64,000 nt of DNA from Macrostomum lignano (Eukaryota): the NCBI GenBank assembly GCA_002269645.1, contig NIVC01001097.1:62001-126000 (forward strand). The letters run 5' to 3'. Both the position numbers and the translations under genes were made by a program. The notes under the pieces were generated by a model. The model saw only the letters and a program-made list of their open reading frames with translations. It searched no databases and was not told where the DNA came from. The number at the start of each line of letters is the position of its first letter. The first letter of the stretch is position 1. Below, piece after piece: positions 29,361 to 43,900 of this stretch.

Positions 29361-32300
29361 AGCGTCAGCAGCAGTGTACGTGTTCTGGGATGCAGCTCTG
29401 TACGATCCTCCTCAACTTCCTGCGGGGTGCTGCAGTGAGGGCACTTTGCCTACCGAACCATGTCAAGTCTGCACATCAGCAGTGGAGGAAGCGAGCTTCA
29501 GGTTCAGAAGCAGAGATTCAGTTTGCGATCTACAGAAAGCGGATTGGAAAAGATGGCGAGGTAATGTGCACTTGGGGTGTCTGAGAAGGTTCCATTCAGC
29601 GTCAGTGTCTGGCCACGGAAAGTACGTTCTGCAGGAAATGATTGCGAAATCCAGCAAAGTGAATAAGGATCAGGAGCTCTGGGGAACCCGGCAAGACTAA
29701 AAGGAGAAGCAGAGAGCAGTGGCGCAGAGCTGATGATGGCCTGCCAGCTTGATTCCCCGATGGCGCTACAAGGCGAGAGATGGAGTACAGCGTTGGCAAT
29801 TCTCGCTGGTTATTTAATGAGTTAAAAAGCAGCCCATTGATTCATTCGAATTTTCTCGATCGCTGGAGCCACTGCGGTGCGCAGTCGTTGAAACAATGAG
29901 CTGCGCATCTGCTCCTAACATCCTATTGCGCTATCTGCACTAATACTCTTCCCGGGAACTTGAGAAAAGTCCCAAAGCTCAGAGTCACGAGACAGTCTGA
30001 TTGCCAACTGATCTCATTCTTGAGCTCTTCCGTGATCCCATAAGCTTCCTTCTGTTCGGGACATGCACTTTGAGAGGCTTAGCCTGTCTGCATCTGATCT
30101 TTCTGTAGGGGCTTCTAAGGATAGAGATAGGGATATCTCTGCCTACCGCAGCAGTGAGAGACGATAGTTGACGCTGCGGGCGTCACTGCTGTACAAGACG
30201 GATGCAACTTGCATCAAAACTGTGCCAACGGTCTGCTCCCTACTTGGTGTACAAATAATTCCGACCAAAATTTCGTAACATTTTGTTTGAACCTTCGATT
30301 CCATTTACGAGTAATAACAGCGCTTTCGAGCTGGAATTGAAGCAAATCTAAATTTGGCGAAAGCCGACAGCCATCCAATGCAATTAGCCCGATTAATAGA
30401 CAGAATTCAGGCAACAGCGGCTTTGATGGGAGACTGACAGTTGCGTGATTCAATTATCAATAACCTCCTGTAGGCAACAACCGCTTGCGTGCGATATGCC
30501 TTCGGATGCGTCATCACTGATTAACCGATTCTTGAGTCTTCCGACTGCTGAGCACGATTTTGCCCGTATAAAAAATTTGAGCCTCATTTCAGGCAGCAAT
30601 ATTTGCGATATTTCTGCGCATGATTTTCAAGGAACTGAACACAGCCTATAGCATTCATTAATTTAGAGTGCAAATCTCTATATTCATAGGAGGAGGCGAT
30701 GCACATTCAAGACAGATTCTTGACATTTCAGCACCTTAGAAATGCTCAAAAGTCATAAGGAATTTTTTAACGTCTGGAGTCTGGAGTGACTCATAGGTAA
30801 CATGAAACTTGCTGTAGATGTGCGGCATCACAGTTTAGTACTTTGTGAACTTTTGATTTTCTGTGTTGCCCCTTTGTCAGAGTGGGGAACTGAGGCTAAA
30901 AATAGCTTTAAAATTGTCCTATCTAAACTGTTACTCCGAACAGCTGTTGACAGTGTGCTGCAGATGGAAACTCGCCATCACAGCTTGAGAATTCAACCCA
31001 GACTGAGCCTTCGCCACAAATTAAAAGCGAAAAGCGAGAAGAACGCCAGATGTCTCTTTCGCTCGCTTTGGATTTAAATATTCATAAGGCCGGACTCTGC
31101 TTATCCGGAGCAATTTGCAAGCAAATTTAGTTGGCGGCTCCGAAGGTACTCCGCTGCTGCAAGCGGCCTCCCGAGAGGCTGCCCCCTCTTCCCCTCTCTC
31201 TCTGGCCTGAGCGTGCTCAGCTCTGCCAGTCCTCTGCCTTCTTTGGGGAGAAGTTTATTTAAATAATGAATTAGTTGAGCCACATTTTGCCCTCTTTAGG
31301 AAACAGCAGCAGGTCGCTGGGATGGCCGCGCCTGCTGTCATGCTTTTTCACTTTTTTGCAGATCGCTTTCCCCACAGGGGCAGGCGAGCTCGGGGGGGGG
31401 GGGCTTCACGTGAAACTGCCGGGGAGCTTGGATTGTCCGTCAGCCCGAATTTGTGGCTCGCTCCGGCCGCATGAACAGCGGGAAATTTATGTCCCCCCCC
31501 TTGACGGGCTCTGCTTTCGCGGAAGAGGGGAGGGGATCCGTAGCGGAATAGAAAGGTGAGCGCAGCTTGAAGAAAGAGAGTCCGGAGAGGCGATCCGCTG
31601 CCAGGGGAAGAAGGGAGGGAAGTGCGGAACCGAATGGAGAGCTCAGGAGGGCCGGTAGCCGGCTTGAGCTGCCCCGGCAGTCCTGGAGTAGCCACTCGAA
31701 TCACTGCAGCTCTCTCTTCTCGGCCATCCGGCCGGGTTGCTCACTCACTCGGCCGGGCCAAGAGTGAGCGGCCATTGCAGCAGTCGGAGACGGCTGAGCT
31801 GACAACTTGAAGCAGCCCCTGCGCTGCGGCAGCCCTGCTGCTGTTACTGATTTCGCACTCACAGCATGCAACTTCCGGCTCCTGAGCTCTCTGCCCCGAC
31901 ACCTGGCCTGCAGGGCCTGTGGGTTTGCTGTCCGATGAGCAGCTTCCAGTCTGTGTGAGCAGCCGCAGCAATCAGCTGGCGGCCCTCCAAAGCTGCCGCA
32001 TTGTTTTCATTAGCCAAGGGCCGCCCGCCTGCACTATTAATAAATGCGCGCCGGCAGTCAATCGGCTGATTGCGGCTGGAGATTCGCGGCTTAGCAGGGC
32101 AGCCCAGGGACAATTTGTTGATTGGAAATCCTTCATCGACCCTGCAGCCGAGAGACTGGAGCGGGGCTGACCAAGCTGTTAATGCTGCGGAGTGCATAAT
32201 CCATGCACGAATCGGGGAAGCTGAGCACTTGATGAATCGAAGTACGAGCTTGAGCCGAAAGTCAATGGACAATTTTTAGACTCCCTCCGCCACCCCCCTC

Positions 32301-32537
32301 CCCCCTGCATCCGGTCGACACGGCAACGAGCTGGGCGATTGACTGGCCTTTCCAGCCCTCCTGCCCGTGGCCCCACCCCCGCCGTCGTGATGCCACCCAT
32401 TAACCACAGTGGGTGACATCCGAGCACAGGGAGAGGTGGCAGTCCTGCGCTGCTGTTCCCCCATCTTCACCTGACCTCCGCAGTTCCCTTCTTGAACTCT
32501 TGGACATCAAGGCGGTCACCATGGCCCTCTCAAGTCA

Positions 32538-32825
32538 ATGGCAGCTTTGTTAGGCGTGGCTACCCCAGGAGAAAGGCCGCAGTGAGGATGCCTATTCTGC
32601 CTCTCCGGAGCACTTGATCTGTGAATGCCGCGCCTTTACTCACGACTGGCTCACCTACCTCGGCCCAGATCTCTCCCAGACGTTTACAAGCCCGAGAATT
32701 TCTACCAGCTCGTCCGCTACCTAGGGGCTACCTGGCGAGCGACCGTCCACCTCTGGGACTTCCCGTGGGGCACCGCGCTGCGGACGCGGCACTACCGGAG
32801 CATCAACTGCCCCTGGTCGACAGGG
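32538..32825 (+). CDS. Putative first two coding exons (32538-32581, 32669-32825), probably of the PDZ gene
   Basis: ATG...CCG CA|gtgagg ... ctcac..cccag|A joins in phase 2 and gives MAALLGVATPGERPQSLPDVYKPENFYQLVRYLGATWRATVHLWDFPWGTALRTRHYRSINCPWSTG. Strong GC3 bias. The phase-0 donor at 32826 fits the phase-0 acceptor at 40916; this link is inferred. Confidence 0.6.
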
Positions 32826-35800
32826 GTTAGCGGAATGGGCGGGATGTCCGGAACCCCCTGCAGCCAAGTCAAGTCAAGTCGTGCAGCTAAAAGTTTGCCA
32901 GCATTTGAGTCTGTCAAGAGTCTCCGCGGCTTTCAGGCTTTCGCCAGTTAATTACCATCGCGCAGATAATCAAAATGACTCTATTAAACGATTTCACGGA
33001 GCTGTCTCAGTAGATGTCTCTCATTCAGGCTCACAAAGCCGTGGCTAATCCAGTCTCCCATTACTCCGGACTCGTGCGGAAGGAGAAGCGACCGGTCGAG
33101 GCGGCAGCGGGGAGGATCTGCGAGCAGGGGATTTGATGCAGGGATTCGATAAAATCAATCTCGGCAGCATCTTCCCACGCACCGGGACGCAATTATGGCC
33201 GGGCCACCTGCCTCCCAGCTGCAGAATCCTTCATCTCTTTCCTATCACGCCGAGAGCCGTAACTCACGGGAAGGAGCTGGCAGGGCATTCAGTCAGAGAG
33301 GATGTGTTGGGCATCACTGGGACTGTGCCGCGCGCTCGCACAGACAGAGCCACCGAGGTAAGGGGAGGATTATCCCATCGGACCTGCGTTAGCTGAGAGG
33401 CCGGCGGCTTAGGGGGGAGGGGGGCAGAGAGGAGCGCGAGGACAAAATTGAGGAGTGGCGGGCGGTTTGGCGGAGCGGGCGGCCGGGCGCTCCAGCCAGT
33501 TTGGCAAACTGAATAATGCATTGCAAATGCGGCTGATACACGCCGGCGCAAACACTGCAGCGCCAAGTCGTCTCCATTCTCCTCTCTATCATCGCCTGAC
33601 CCGCCATTGGCTCTGCCGCTCTGTTGAGCTGCCCAGCCGGGATTGGGGAGCCGCCCGGCCTCAAGAGGAGCCTCTCGCGCCGGCCCCTTCGTCCGTGTTG
33701 CTGCGCGAAGCAGGGGAGTCGTGCCGAACAATTTCCCGAGAGAATCCGCGCGCGACCCGAGCTCGGCAGGCCGGCACCCTCGAGCGAACATGCCGGCGCC
33801 GATGCCGCCTGACGGTCACGTGACCCTGCGAGGTGACAAGACGCGGCAGCAGTTGCCGCCTCAGCGACAGTCGATCCTGCGCAGACTACCGAGGCTCAGC
33901 CTGTTTAAGGTGAGAGCCTCTGGCTGTGGAATGCGGCATTGCGGGAAAGATTGGCCCCGCAGATTGGGGCGCGAACTGCGCGGCAGTTCAGCTGTCAGTC
34001 CGGAATCGCGACACGAAGCCCGCAACCGGCCGCTCCAGGAAAAGTGCAGCGATCGAATCCCCGCATCCCTTCTTCTCGGGTCCCCGGCTCGTCCCTATTC
34101 TGCCTCTCCCCACTTCCCTACGCCCTCAACTGAAGCTGCCCTCTCGTCTCTTCAGTCTCCCCCCACTCTTTCGTCGCCTCTTCAATCGAATGCTCGAGTA
34201 AACCCACTCTGGAGTGGCTGGATAAGACAAAAAATTCGCCACAGTTCGAACTCGGGAGCCATCATCGCCCGCCACCCCCGATCGTACCAACTGGCAGTTC
34301 CCGTTCGCGCCACAGTTCAGGGAACTGGCAGTGAGCTGATATTTGCCAGTAGGAAAACTGTCTGAGACACCCTCAGACAGCTGAGATCTCTGTCAGCGAA
34401 TGCAGCTGCACTGCGGCAGGCTGGGTGACTTTCTGAGCCTGCAGCCTCAGGTGATCCCCAGCCCCGGCGCCGCTTCCCCATCAATCTCGGGATTTCTCGC
34501 ACCCAGGAGGGCTCTAGCCGCTGTCACTCTTCCCTCTTCACCGACCAATATTCCCACTTTTCATTTCCACCCTTCCATTCTTGCTTCCTCTCTCTGCCTG
34601 CCACTCGCTGGGAAGTTTTATCCCGCGTCCCAGCATCTCTGCCTCATTGCCCCAGGCGCCCTGGCATTGTTTGTATTATCGATCCCACCCTAAGACTTCT
34701 CCTTTCCCTTCAGCTCACCCATTTTGCTCCCCCAATTCTAAGAATTTGCCACTCTAGGCACCAGACCAATGCAGCAGATGTGAGCAGACCCCCCTGCTTT
34801 TTGCTCCCGGCCTCGGGCTCTCGAGAAATTAACAGGCACTCATCATGTGCGCCTTCTTGCTCCCGCGCGCAGCTGCTGCTGGGCAGGTGCAGCCTCAAGC
34901 AGCAGATATCCACCTCATCCTTATCCGGGATCGCCCACACCATGCTTCTCTGTCCAGCTCAGGCCGCGGTGCCTAATCAGCCGTGACTTTCGCTGCCCGC
35001 CAGGCCTCGGTCCTCCTTTGCACTCAAAGCGATGCTGAGGATTCCGCAAATGGCATCCATAGTGAGGCTGGGAGTCGGTTCCCTGTAATGCTTTTTGCCC
35101 CCCGGGGCTGAAAATAGAATCCCGAGCTAGCAAAATTCCTGCTTGTGCACTTCTCACTCTTCTCACTACACCGCTATTTCTTACTGAAGCCGCGGGCTTC
35201 CCGGCCTGCCCGCCACCAAGTTTGTTCCCAATTTTACCCCCCCCCTCAATTTAATATTTAGTCTCCCAGTCAGTTTTCTGACACATTTATTATCCCTCCT
35301 CGCCTTTATCTCCGCCCGGCCAGCCCAGCTGATCCTACAGGCGGATTAGCTGCCTGTGCAGACCAGCCTCCCGAACTGCCGGGCAGAAAGTGATGAAGCA
35401 GCCGCGGGAGGCTGGGCGGGGCTGAATAATAATTTAATAAGCGCCGCCGCGAGCATGAAAGGGGCCGGCCGGGGCCGCAGGTCCGCGCCCGCCCCCCTCG
35501 CCTGACTTTTAATCGCCTCTCCCGACTCGCGGTAGGGGGGGGGGCGAATCAATTTTTCTGCCTGGAGACTCGGGACAGGCGGAGTCGAGGAGGCCGCCGA
35601 GCTCGGATTCCGCCTGCCAGTCTGAATCGATTGCGCAGCTGCCGCGCGAAGGAGATTGAGCACACAGTCTTCGCGTGCTCAAGTCAGGCAGCCTTTCGGA
35701 GACAGGGCGGGCGATTGACATGAGTGGGAGTCTCCCGACGGGGTTCTGCACTCTTCTTTACCCCCTGACCCTCCGCAGCCGCTGCTGGTCCCAGAAATTC

Positions 35801-36039
35801 CCTGTCTCAGAAACGACAGACGAATGCTTGCAGTCCCTCTGTGCAAACATTTGAATTCGCGAATATATTAATTTTGCCCCTCTGTGTATGCACAGCTGCG
35901 CTACTGACTACTTAGACCAGTAGATAGCGAGTGCGTGCTGATTCTGAAAAAAATTATCTTTATTTCTTAGAGAAACTACAAGCAGTTTAGATCTGCAGAT
36001 GCATGTACACTCTCGCACATGAAATATATTGGCAGCTAG

Positions 36040-37310
36040 ATTAGCTATTTGGCTGCTTCATCATCCTAGATTGGCACTCAATTTGGTTCCTTCATCATCC
36101 TAGATTAGCTATCCATTTGGCTGCTTCATCATCCTAAGATTAGCTATCCATTTGGCTGCTTCATCATCCTAGATTAGCTATCCAGTTAGCTCCTTCATTA
36201 TCCTAGATTAGCAATCCATTTGGCTGCTTCATCATCCTAGATTAGCAATCCATTTGGCTCCTTCATCATCCTAAGATTAGCTATCCATTTGGCTGCTTCA
36301 TCATCCTAGATTAGCAATCCATTTGGCTGCTTCATCATCCTAGATTAGCAATCAATTTGGTTCCTTCATCATCCTGGATTAGCAATTCATTTGGTTCCTT
36401 CATCATCCTAGATTAGCAATCCATTTGGTTCCTTCATCATCCTAGATTAGCAATCAATTTGGTTCCTTCATCATCCTAGATTAGCAATCCATTTGGCTCC
36501 TTCATCATCCTAGATTAGCAATCCATTTGGTTCCTTCATCATCTTAGATTAGCAATCCATTTGGTTCCTTCATCATCCTAGGTTAGCAATCCATTTGGTT
36601 CCTTCATCATCCTATATTAGCAATCCATTTGGTTCTTTCATCATCCCAGATTAGCAATCCATTTTATTACCAATCTCTGCTTGCTACATTAGCAATCTAT
36701 TTGGCTCCTTCATCATCCTACATTAGCAATCAATTTGGCTCCTTCATCATCTTAGATTAGCAATCCATTTGGTTCCTTCATCATCCTAGATTAGCAATCC
36801 ATTTGGCTCCTTCATTATCCTAGATTAGCAATCAATTTGGTTCCTTCATCATCCTAGATTAGCAATCCATTTGGTTCCTTCATCATCCTAGATTAGCAAT
36901 CAATTTGGTTCCTTCATCATCCTGGATTAGCAATCCATTTGGCTCCTTCATCATCCTAGATTAGCAATCCATTTGGCTCCTTCATCATCCTAGATTAGCA
37001 ATTCATTTGGCTCCTTCATCATCCTAGATTAGCAATCCATTTGGCTCCTTCATCATCCTAGATTAGCAATCCATTTGGCTCCTTCATCATCCTAGATTAG
37101 CAATCCATTTGGCTCCTTCATTATCCTAGATTAGCAATCCATTTGGCTCCTTCATCATCCTAGATTAGCAATCCATTTGGTTCCTTCATCATCCTAGATT
37201 AGCAATCCATTTGGCTCCTTCATTATCCTAGATTAGCAATCCATTTGGCTCCTTCATCATCCTAGATTAGCAATCAATTTGGTTCCTTCATCATCCTAGA
37301 TTAGCAATCC
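36040..37310. repeat. 34-nt minisatellite (atccatttggctccttcatcatcctagattagca)
   Basis: About 37 tandem copies with period 34. Confidence 0.96.
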
Positions 37311-38669
37311 ATTTTATTCACAATCTCAACTGGTTAGACTATAGTTATCTGTTAGATTCCTTCCTCCATACTGTCTAGATTGGCAATCCATTCTGTTATT
37401 AAAATAACAGGCTAGGCCAGCGGTCCATGCTGGAGCATACCCAGCTACATGCTAGACTCGCATGGCAGGCCGCACCCGAGTTTGTCCTCATTCTTGAAGG
37501 TCAAACCAAAACCGCAGCTGACCATCGAGTCAGCTGAGGAGCAAAGCAGGTTGAGGAAATTGAGTCATAATTAAGGAAATGAAAGGCCCGCAGCATGCAG
37601 CAGCACCAGGTCACGTGACGAAGCCGCCAGGCTAAATGGAGCGAGGCCAGGCTCAGGAGCTGAGCTCTCCAGGCACTTGCTACATGCAACTGCTGCTGTT
37701 TCTACCCAAACTGCTACAGCAAGCGAAATCTCTTTGATCTCAGCTGAATGTACTTTTACAGTCTCTGGTGGGTCACAGTTTCGTGAGGATGGCCTATTTA
37801 GAAAGCTACGAGTATATTAACCCGAGTGAGACCAGCCGTCATGAATTTCCACAATCAGCAGTCCAACCTGTCAGCCGGTGTCAAGCCGTCCAGTGAAATC
37901 CGAGGCCGCCTCCGTAGCAGCTCATCGGATTGACTCGAATCATTTCTCAGCCTCGGGGAATCAATCGCTTCAAGATGGAGCTGACGTCCAGCTTCCTTCT
38001 CTTCCAACTCCCGCTGGTTTCGCATTGCACCAACTGAGTGCCCTGAGGGATCTGGGAGTGCGTGCTGGGCCTGCAGCGTGGCTGCATGTCGATGTCTTTG
38101 GGGGTTGCGAGCCCAGCCAATAGCAGCATGCCTATTCAGCGATTCAGGGGAAAGACGGGAGAGGTGAAAGAAAGCAGCGCTTAAGAAACCGCCCGAATCT
38201 TCGCCTTCCCGCCGCTCTCCTGCTGTGCTTACCAAACATGTCGCTTCCGTCTCCGGCCCTGAGCCGCAGGAGCGGCAGCTCGAGTCATGTTACCTACAGT
38301 CCTCTCAGCTCGCCAGGACTCAACCGGAAAAAGCCGTTGACATGCAAATTGCTGCCACAGAAGAAGAGGATTTTCCCCATAGACAGCGAATTGGACAGGC
38401 CAGCGTCTCCGGCCGCTGGCGAGCTGGCCGGCCGGCCAATAATTAGGGATAAACGCATCAAGGATTTGTTCCGAGCAAGCGTGAGTGTCGTGACGAATGT
38501 ACACTAAATATACGTGTCGTGACGTATGTAAAGTCGCTAGGTACAAACCATTGTTGGGGTGGTCTATTTCGGTAGTCTAGCTAGAGCATCTATTTCGTTT
38601 ATTCTACTCACAGAGGATCAATTCCTCAATGTATGGCCAAAGCATCGAATTAGTTTTCCAAGACCAGAA

Positions 38670-38936
38670 TACCAATTCTGCATAGTCTATGGCTAGAGAG
38701 AACCAATTCTGCATAGTCTATGGCTAGAGAGAACCAATTCTACATAGTCTATGGCTAGAGAGAACCAATTCTGCATAGTCTATGGCTAGAGAGAACCAAT
38801 TCTGCATAGTCTATGGCTAGAGAGAACCAATTCTGCATAGTCTATGGCTAGAGAGAACCAATTCTGCATAGTCTATGGCTAGAGAGAACCAATTCTGCAT
38901 AGTCTATGGCTAGAGAGAACCAATTCTGCATAGTCT
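38670..38936. repeat. 31-nt minisatellite (gagagaaccaattctgcatagtctatggcta)
   Basis: About 8-9 near-identical copies. Confidence 0.95.
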
Positions 38937-40915
38937 AGGATCAGAGCATTGAATCAGTAGTCCATGGCCGGAGCATCGGCCAGGTCCGCAATTTGCGTTA
39001 CACAGTAATTTCTGTCCAGAGCGTCAACAAAGTCATCTGACATCTAGGGACCGTGCATGAAACGAACAGCCTTCTGCACCTCTTCTGCTATGGTCTGTAC
39101 GGCTAAAACAAGAAGCAAATCACATAAAATGCATTAACAAACGTCAGTTTTGATTCTTAACAGTCGAAGGTCTTGCTGCAATTTATCACTTGATTATTTT
39201 GCTGCCACTCCACCCGGCGGGGACCGGGTCCCTTCCGGCGAAGTCTACAATGCCGAAACAAATGCATATGATCGGCCAATTGCGAAATGGAATTGGCCTT
39301 TCGCTGTCGCGAGGTTGAGGCTCGCGGGGAGGCCCGCGCTGGGGGGGTTGACTGTCGCAGACGTCCTGCAGATGCTTCCAGCGGCAAAGCCCGGGCTGCA
39401 GTTCCCGCCGCCGTCACCCGAGACGCATTGAGAAAGGCACTTGTATAGCCAAGACTGCGCTGTGACCGAGTGGCCAAGAGAAAATGCGGGGGGCCGTTCC
39501 GTTGCTTCGGGTCTGAAAGGAAAGTTAAAAGAAACAGCACAAGATGCTGGTACTGCCCGTTGCACAAATCCTCGACCTCAGGGTGTTTGAGGGGCGGAGG
39601 AGGGCGCGCGCGCCGTGGCCGCCTGCGCAGCGCAGCAGCCGGCCCGGTCCGTAATTGCGCAGCTTGCTGGGTAGTGAATTTCTGCGCCGCGATGCCCCGC
39701 TAAATGTCTCTTGGCGAGTCACCCAACACCGCACCAACAGTTTGTCCTCGGGTCAGTCACGGGGCTGCTGGGATTAGCCTGGGCGAGAAATCCTGACTGA
39801 CCCCCCGGGGTGGCGAAGAAGGTCACTGCTGGGAGATTCGTTTCGCAAAAGGGGAAAATAAACACAGCGGGAGAACTGGAATGCCCGCCCCATCAGAGAG
39901 ATGAAGCCCCGAGTTTCCCAGTCAGCCTCCCCACCTCGCCGCTGTCCCGTGGGAACCCGGCCGGATCCGGTGCCAACTTGCCAGACCGCGCCGTCCAAGG
40001 AGCGGTGCAGCTCCCAGCTCGCTGCACACTCTGTGGCCCGCCAGCAGCTGCGAATCCCCAATTAGGCGCCGGGTCTCACAGGCCGGGGCCCGAGCTGTCC
40101 TGAACCCGTGCCAGCTGTCGCCCCGAAACCCGACAAACTGGGAGCTCGATCCGCCACCAGTGGCTGCTCCCCGCGCCTTAATCAATTCGACAGTCAGGCG
40201 TTCCTCAGCCCTCCCTCCTTCCATCTCCCTTCTTCCTCTCGCATTCCAGCATCCGAGACGCCCACTGTAGCCAGCCGCATGATGCCGCATCTGCTTATCT
40301 CGCATTCTCCTGACTCCCGACCAGCAGCCTTCCCAGCCTCATCCTGCACTTTCCCGCTTTTCTCTCGCTCTCTCCCACTCTCTTCTATTTCCTCACAAAC
40401 CACAGCGCCAGTGACCAGCCGAAGGCTTCGCGGGGCGGAGATGGGCTGATGGGGCTCAGTGATGAAGCAAGCAGTGCAGGAAGCTGAGAGAGGCGCCTCG
40501 AAAAACAGCCGCAGGAAAAGCACACCTGCCTCATTCTTTTCTTTTCTTTTTCTCCTTCTATCGCTTCCCGCCACTCTTTCACTCAGTCACCGCCCTCGCG
40601 CCGCGGTCATTCAAGCTGTTCTGGGTGCACCCGCTCCGCCCTCGCGGGCATCCATCTCGGCGGCTGGAACCTGCCAGGCCGCTGCTGCCCGATGCGCAGA
40701 TTCCAGCATCCCTTCTCCCGCGGCCGGCTCTGACAGCTCCAGACCCTAATTAGCAAAGCGAGAGGGCGCCAGTGCGGCATAATCGGGCTTTCAGCGCATT
40801 CGGAGCCGCAAACTGACTCGCTGACTGACAAGCCCCGCTCCCGACCCCTCCAAAACATCCCAATTTTTGTTCTCCATCAGTTACGCTCGCCTTGTTACTC
40901 CGCCTACCTGAACAG

Positions 40916-43900
40916 GATATCCGCTGCCACTCGGCCCCCAACTCGCCGCGGGTGTCCTACTGCACCTCCCCCGGCCCTGGCAAGCTGCCGCTGCAGCAGA
41001 CATGCGGCCCCGCTCAGCAGGATGCCGCCAGCATTCGCAGGCAGCGCAACGCCTCAATGTGCTCCGCCAGCACCCTGCAGATGCAGCAGCACCGTCGGAT
41101 TCAGCAGCTGCAGCAGCAGCCGCCGCCGCCGCCTTACCCCGGCAGCTGCCGGTCCCTTCTAGTCGGCTGCGGCGCCGCGGCAGGCAGCCAGAGCTCGCTG
41201 CTAAGCTGCCAGTCGACAGTCTCGTACGCCTGCCGGGTGCAGGAGGTGCGCGAGATCAGCCTCGGCCGGCACAACGGCGAGCCGTTCGGCATGAAAGTCG
41301 AATTCGTTGGCGGGGTGAGCGCTCCGGTTTCCTCATCTGCCCCGCGCCCTACTCGAAATCCCCGCCTCTCTCGTGGGATCGGGCATGGCTGGGCTGGGTT
41401 AGACCGGGACGGTTTCCCATCGCGTGAGGGGCAGCTCGAGAACATCGAGCCGAGGTGGCAAAGGGAGGCTGCAAGAGAGAGACAGCTGGGAATTGCTTCC
41501 CCATCATCTGCACGCGAGTCCATCTGGAGGAGCGAAACTCTACCCTCGCCTCACCTCGGCCCCCGCTCGACCCTCGCTCTAATCATCTGACGGACAGTCC
41601 GCCAGGGGGAGGGCGGCAAGATTGCAGTTGGCAAAAATCAAGACCGAGTCCTGGCTGCGCCGATTGGCAAAGTGGAGCCGCCTCTGGGAGGCAATTAGAA
41701 GCTGAGCGAGGCAAGTGGGATGGACTTTCACACCCGGTGTTTGGTCGGGAAGGGACTGATTAGAAGTGCCAGCTGGACTGCACTACTGACTACTCTTAGC
41801 GGAATCATTAGAAACTCAAGCCAAAGCTATAACTGGTCTCACTTCTTGAGTTTAGTTAACCGCAAGGGCGTTGAGGGCTTCGGGCGCTGCCGCAACTCAA
41901 CACGACAGTCGATCAGCAGCGCTACTATGCTCGGCAAGCAGTTACGTATTTGCCCAGTGTACAATGCCCCTAGATTTCTTGTGCATTGGGTTAGCCTTCG
42001 AATTGGAGTGCTTCGCACGGCAAGCCTTAGGCTAATTTTTCCGTCCACGAACCTCAATAGTGTCTCAGGAGCCAGACGGTGCTCACTCCCACCGTGTCTC
42101 AGTGTCTCGGAACCTCATTTTAATCTCGCCCTTCAGTCGTTCTTCATCACCCACGTGGTCGCCGGATCCGTGGCTGCCTACGCTGGACTGAAGTCTGGCG
42201 ATGAGATAGTGGCCATCAACGGCCGACAGCTGGAGGGCATGTCGACCAGGGATGTGCTGCAGATCATCAGACGGTGCGAGGTGTCCGTGCGGTTGGCCTA
42301 CCGGCCCAGGTGAGAGACTGTTGCGGTGCTGCTCAGTGCTTTGCCGTCCCTTATTGACGCTCGTAGAGTAATTTTTCATCATCAATGATAGTCAAAAGTA
42401 TGCGTTTGCTATTAACATTCGTGTTCTGTACCAACATCCGTGTTCTGTACCAACATCCGTGTTCTGTATCAACATCCGTGTTCTGTATCAAAATCCATGT
42501 TCTGTATCAACATCCGTGTTCTGTATCAACATCCGTGTTCTTTACCAACATCCGTGTTCTGTATCAACATCCGTATTCTGTACCAACATCCGTATTCTGT
42601 ATCAACATCCGTGTTCTGTACTAACATCTGTGTTCTGTATCAAAACCCATGTTCTGTACCAACATCCGTGTTATGTATTGTGATAAATAGGCAATTAGAT
42701 AATAGCATGCACGGTAAGCAATTATTTAGGCCCTAGACAAACCTACTTGGAGCGTTTGGAGATTTTAAAGCTATTAATCCTAATCGCCTATCGCCGGTCG
42801 GCGAGTCCTACCAGTCTTTCTCCAATAGCCGCAGGTACAGTACAAGAAAATAAAGAACACGAGGGAACACAAACCGAAAGATTTAGAGAGTGATAATCCT
42901 ATATGATACAACTGATAATTGGCTAGACGATTTAATTTGATTACTCAAGTTACAGGATTCAAGCAATTCGCGACGCAGATAATTAGACTGATGATAACGG
43001 ATAGTAACGATTAATAATAATGATTATATTACGCACTGACAAGCGGATCTCAGCTTGAAGAAGAAGAAGAACCGAACACGACCACGGAGAAGACTCCTAA
43101 CCCCTGGCCTAAGCCAGAACCTACACTCAAACGAGAGCCCTGCCGAATCGACCGTTCAACGGAGCACCGACTAAATTCTATCGGCACTGCCCTTCAGTGT
43201 AACACTGAGGCCCTCGGGTCGAGGCCGCGTACTTGATCAGATCCGACAGTCTCTATCTAACCGCGCTTGATAGCGACGACTTCAGACAGAAATTTGCCGT
43301 AGACGTTACGCCACAAGACTACTGCGGTTGGGCGGGACAAAGATATGGACCGGGGGTGATGAATTCAGGCGCCTCAAAGCGCGAACCAACAAGAGGAGAA
43401 AAATCGGGCCACCGGCCGGAAACTGGACAAGACAAACCGGGGAAAGGGAGCAAGCAGGAAAAAAGGCGAGATCCGATTGCCAAAACACACTTTCATATAT
43501 AGTCAGAGTCACAACCCCTCAAAACCCCCTCAAGCCGGGTGGTGGTCGTCTGGCCGGCCGCTTGCTTAAGCCGAATTGCACTGTGCCCGCGGCGCCGGGT
43601 AGAACTGAAACTTGCCGCGTGCCAGGGTCCAGGCCGGTTCTGATTGGCTGGCCGCGCAAAGCTGGGGTTCGCAGACAAACTCAACCCTCCGCTGAGTCAC
43701 AAATGGCGTCTGACGTCTAACCTGTTTACGCAAAATTGATTCCAACTAACAAGGAAAAAGTACACCAAAAACGTATGACTAAACTAAAGCAAAATAATAA
43801 TTCAATAACAATATAGAAACTAATGCAGTCAATTTACAACAAAATATACGCAAAGATGCTCACACTACACTCCCCCCCTCCTAAAAGAAATAGAGTACAA

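Noticed and set aside
30200-35800. Many 60-240 aa GC-rich ORFs on both strands (outside 32538-32825)
   Set aside because: No domain motifs or consistent GC3 bias; expected by chance in GC-rich non-coding DNA.
39150-39431. 93-aa protein-like ORF after an acceptor-like ttaacag
   Set aside because: No recognisable motif, no compatible donor or partner exon, and only moderate codon bias; left uncalled.
42980-43030. CTGATGA in the LTR suggesting a hammerhead ribozyme (retrozyme-like)
   Set aside because: No correctly placed GAAA and no stems I-III could be built.
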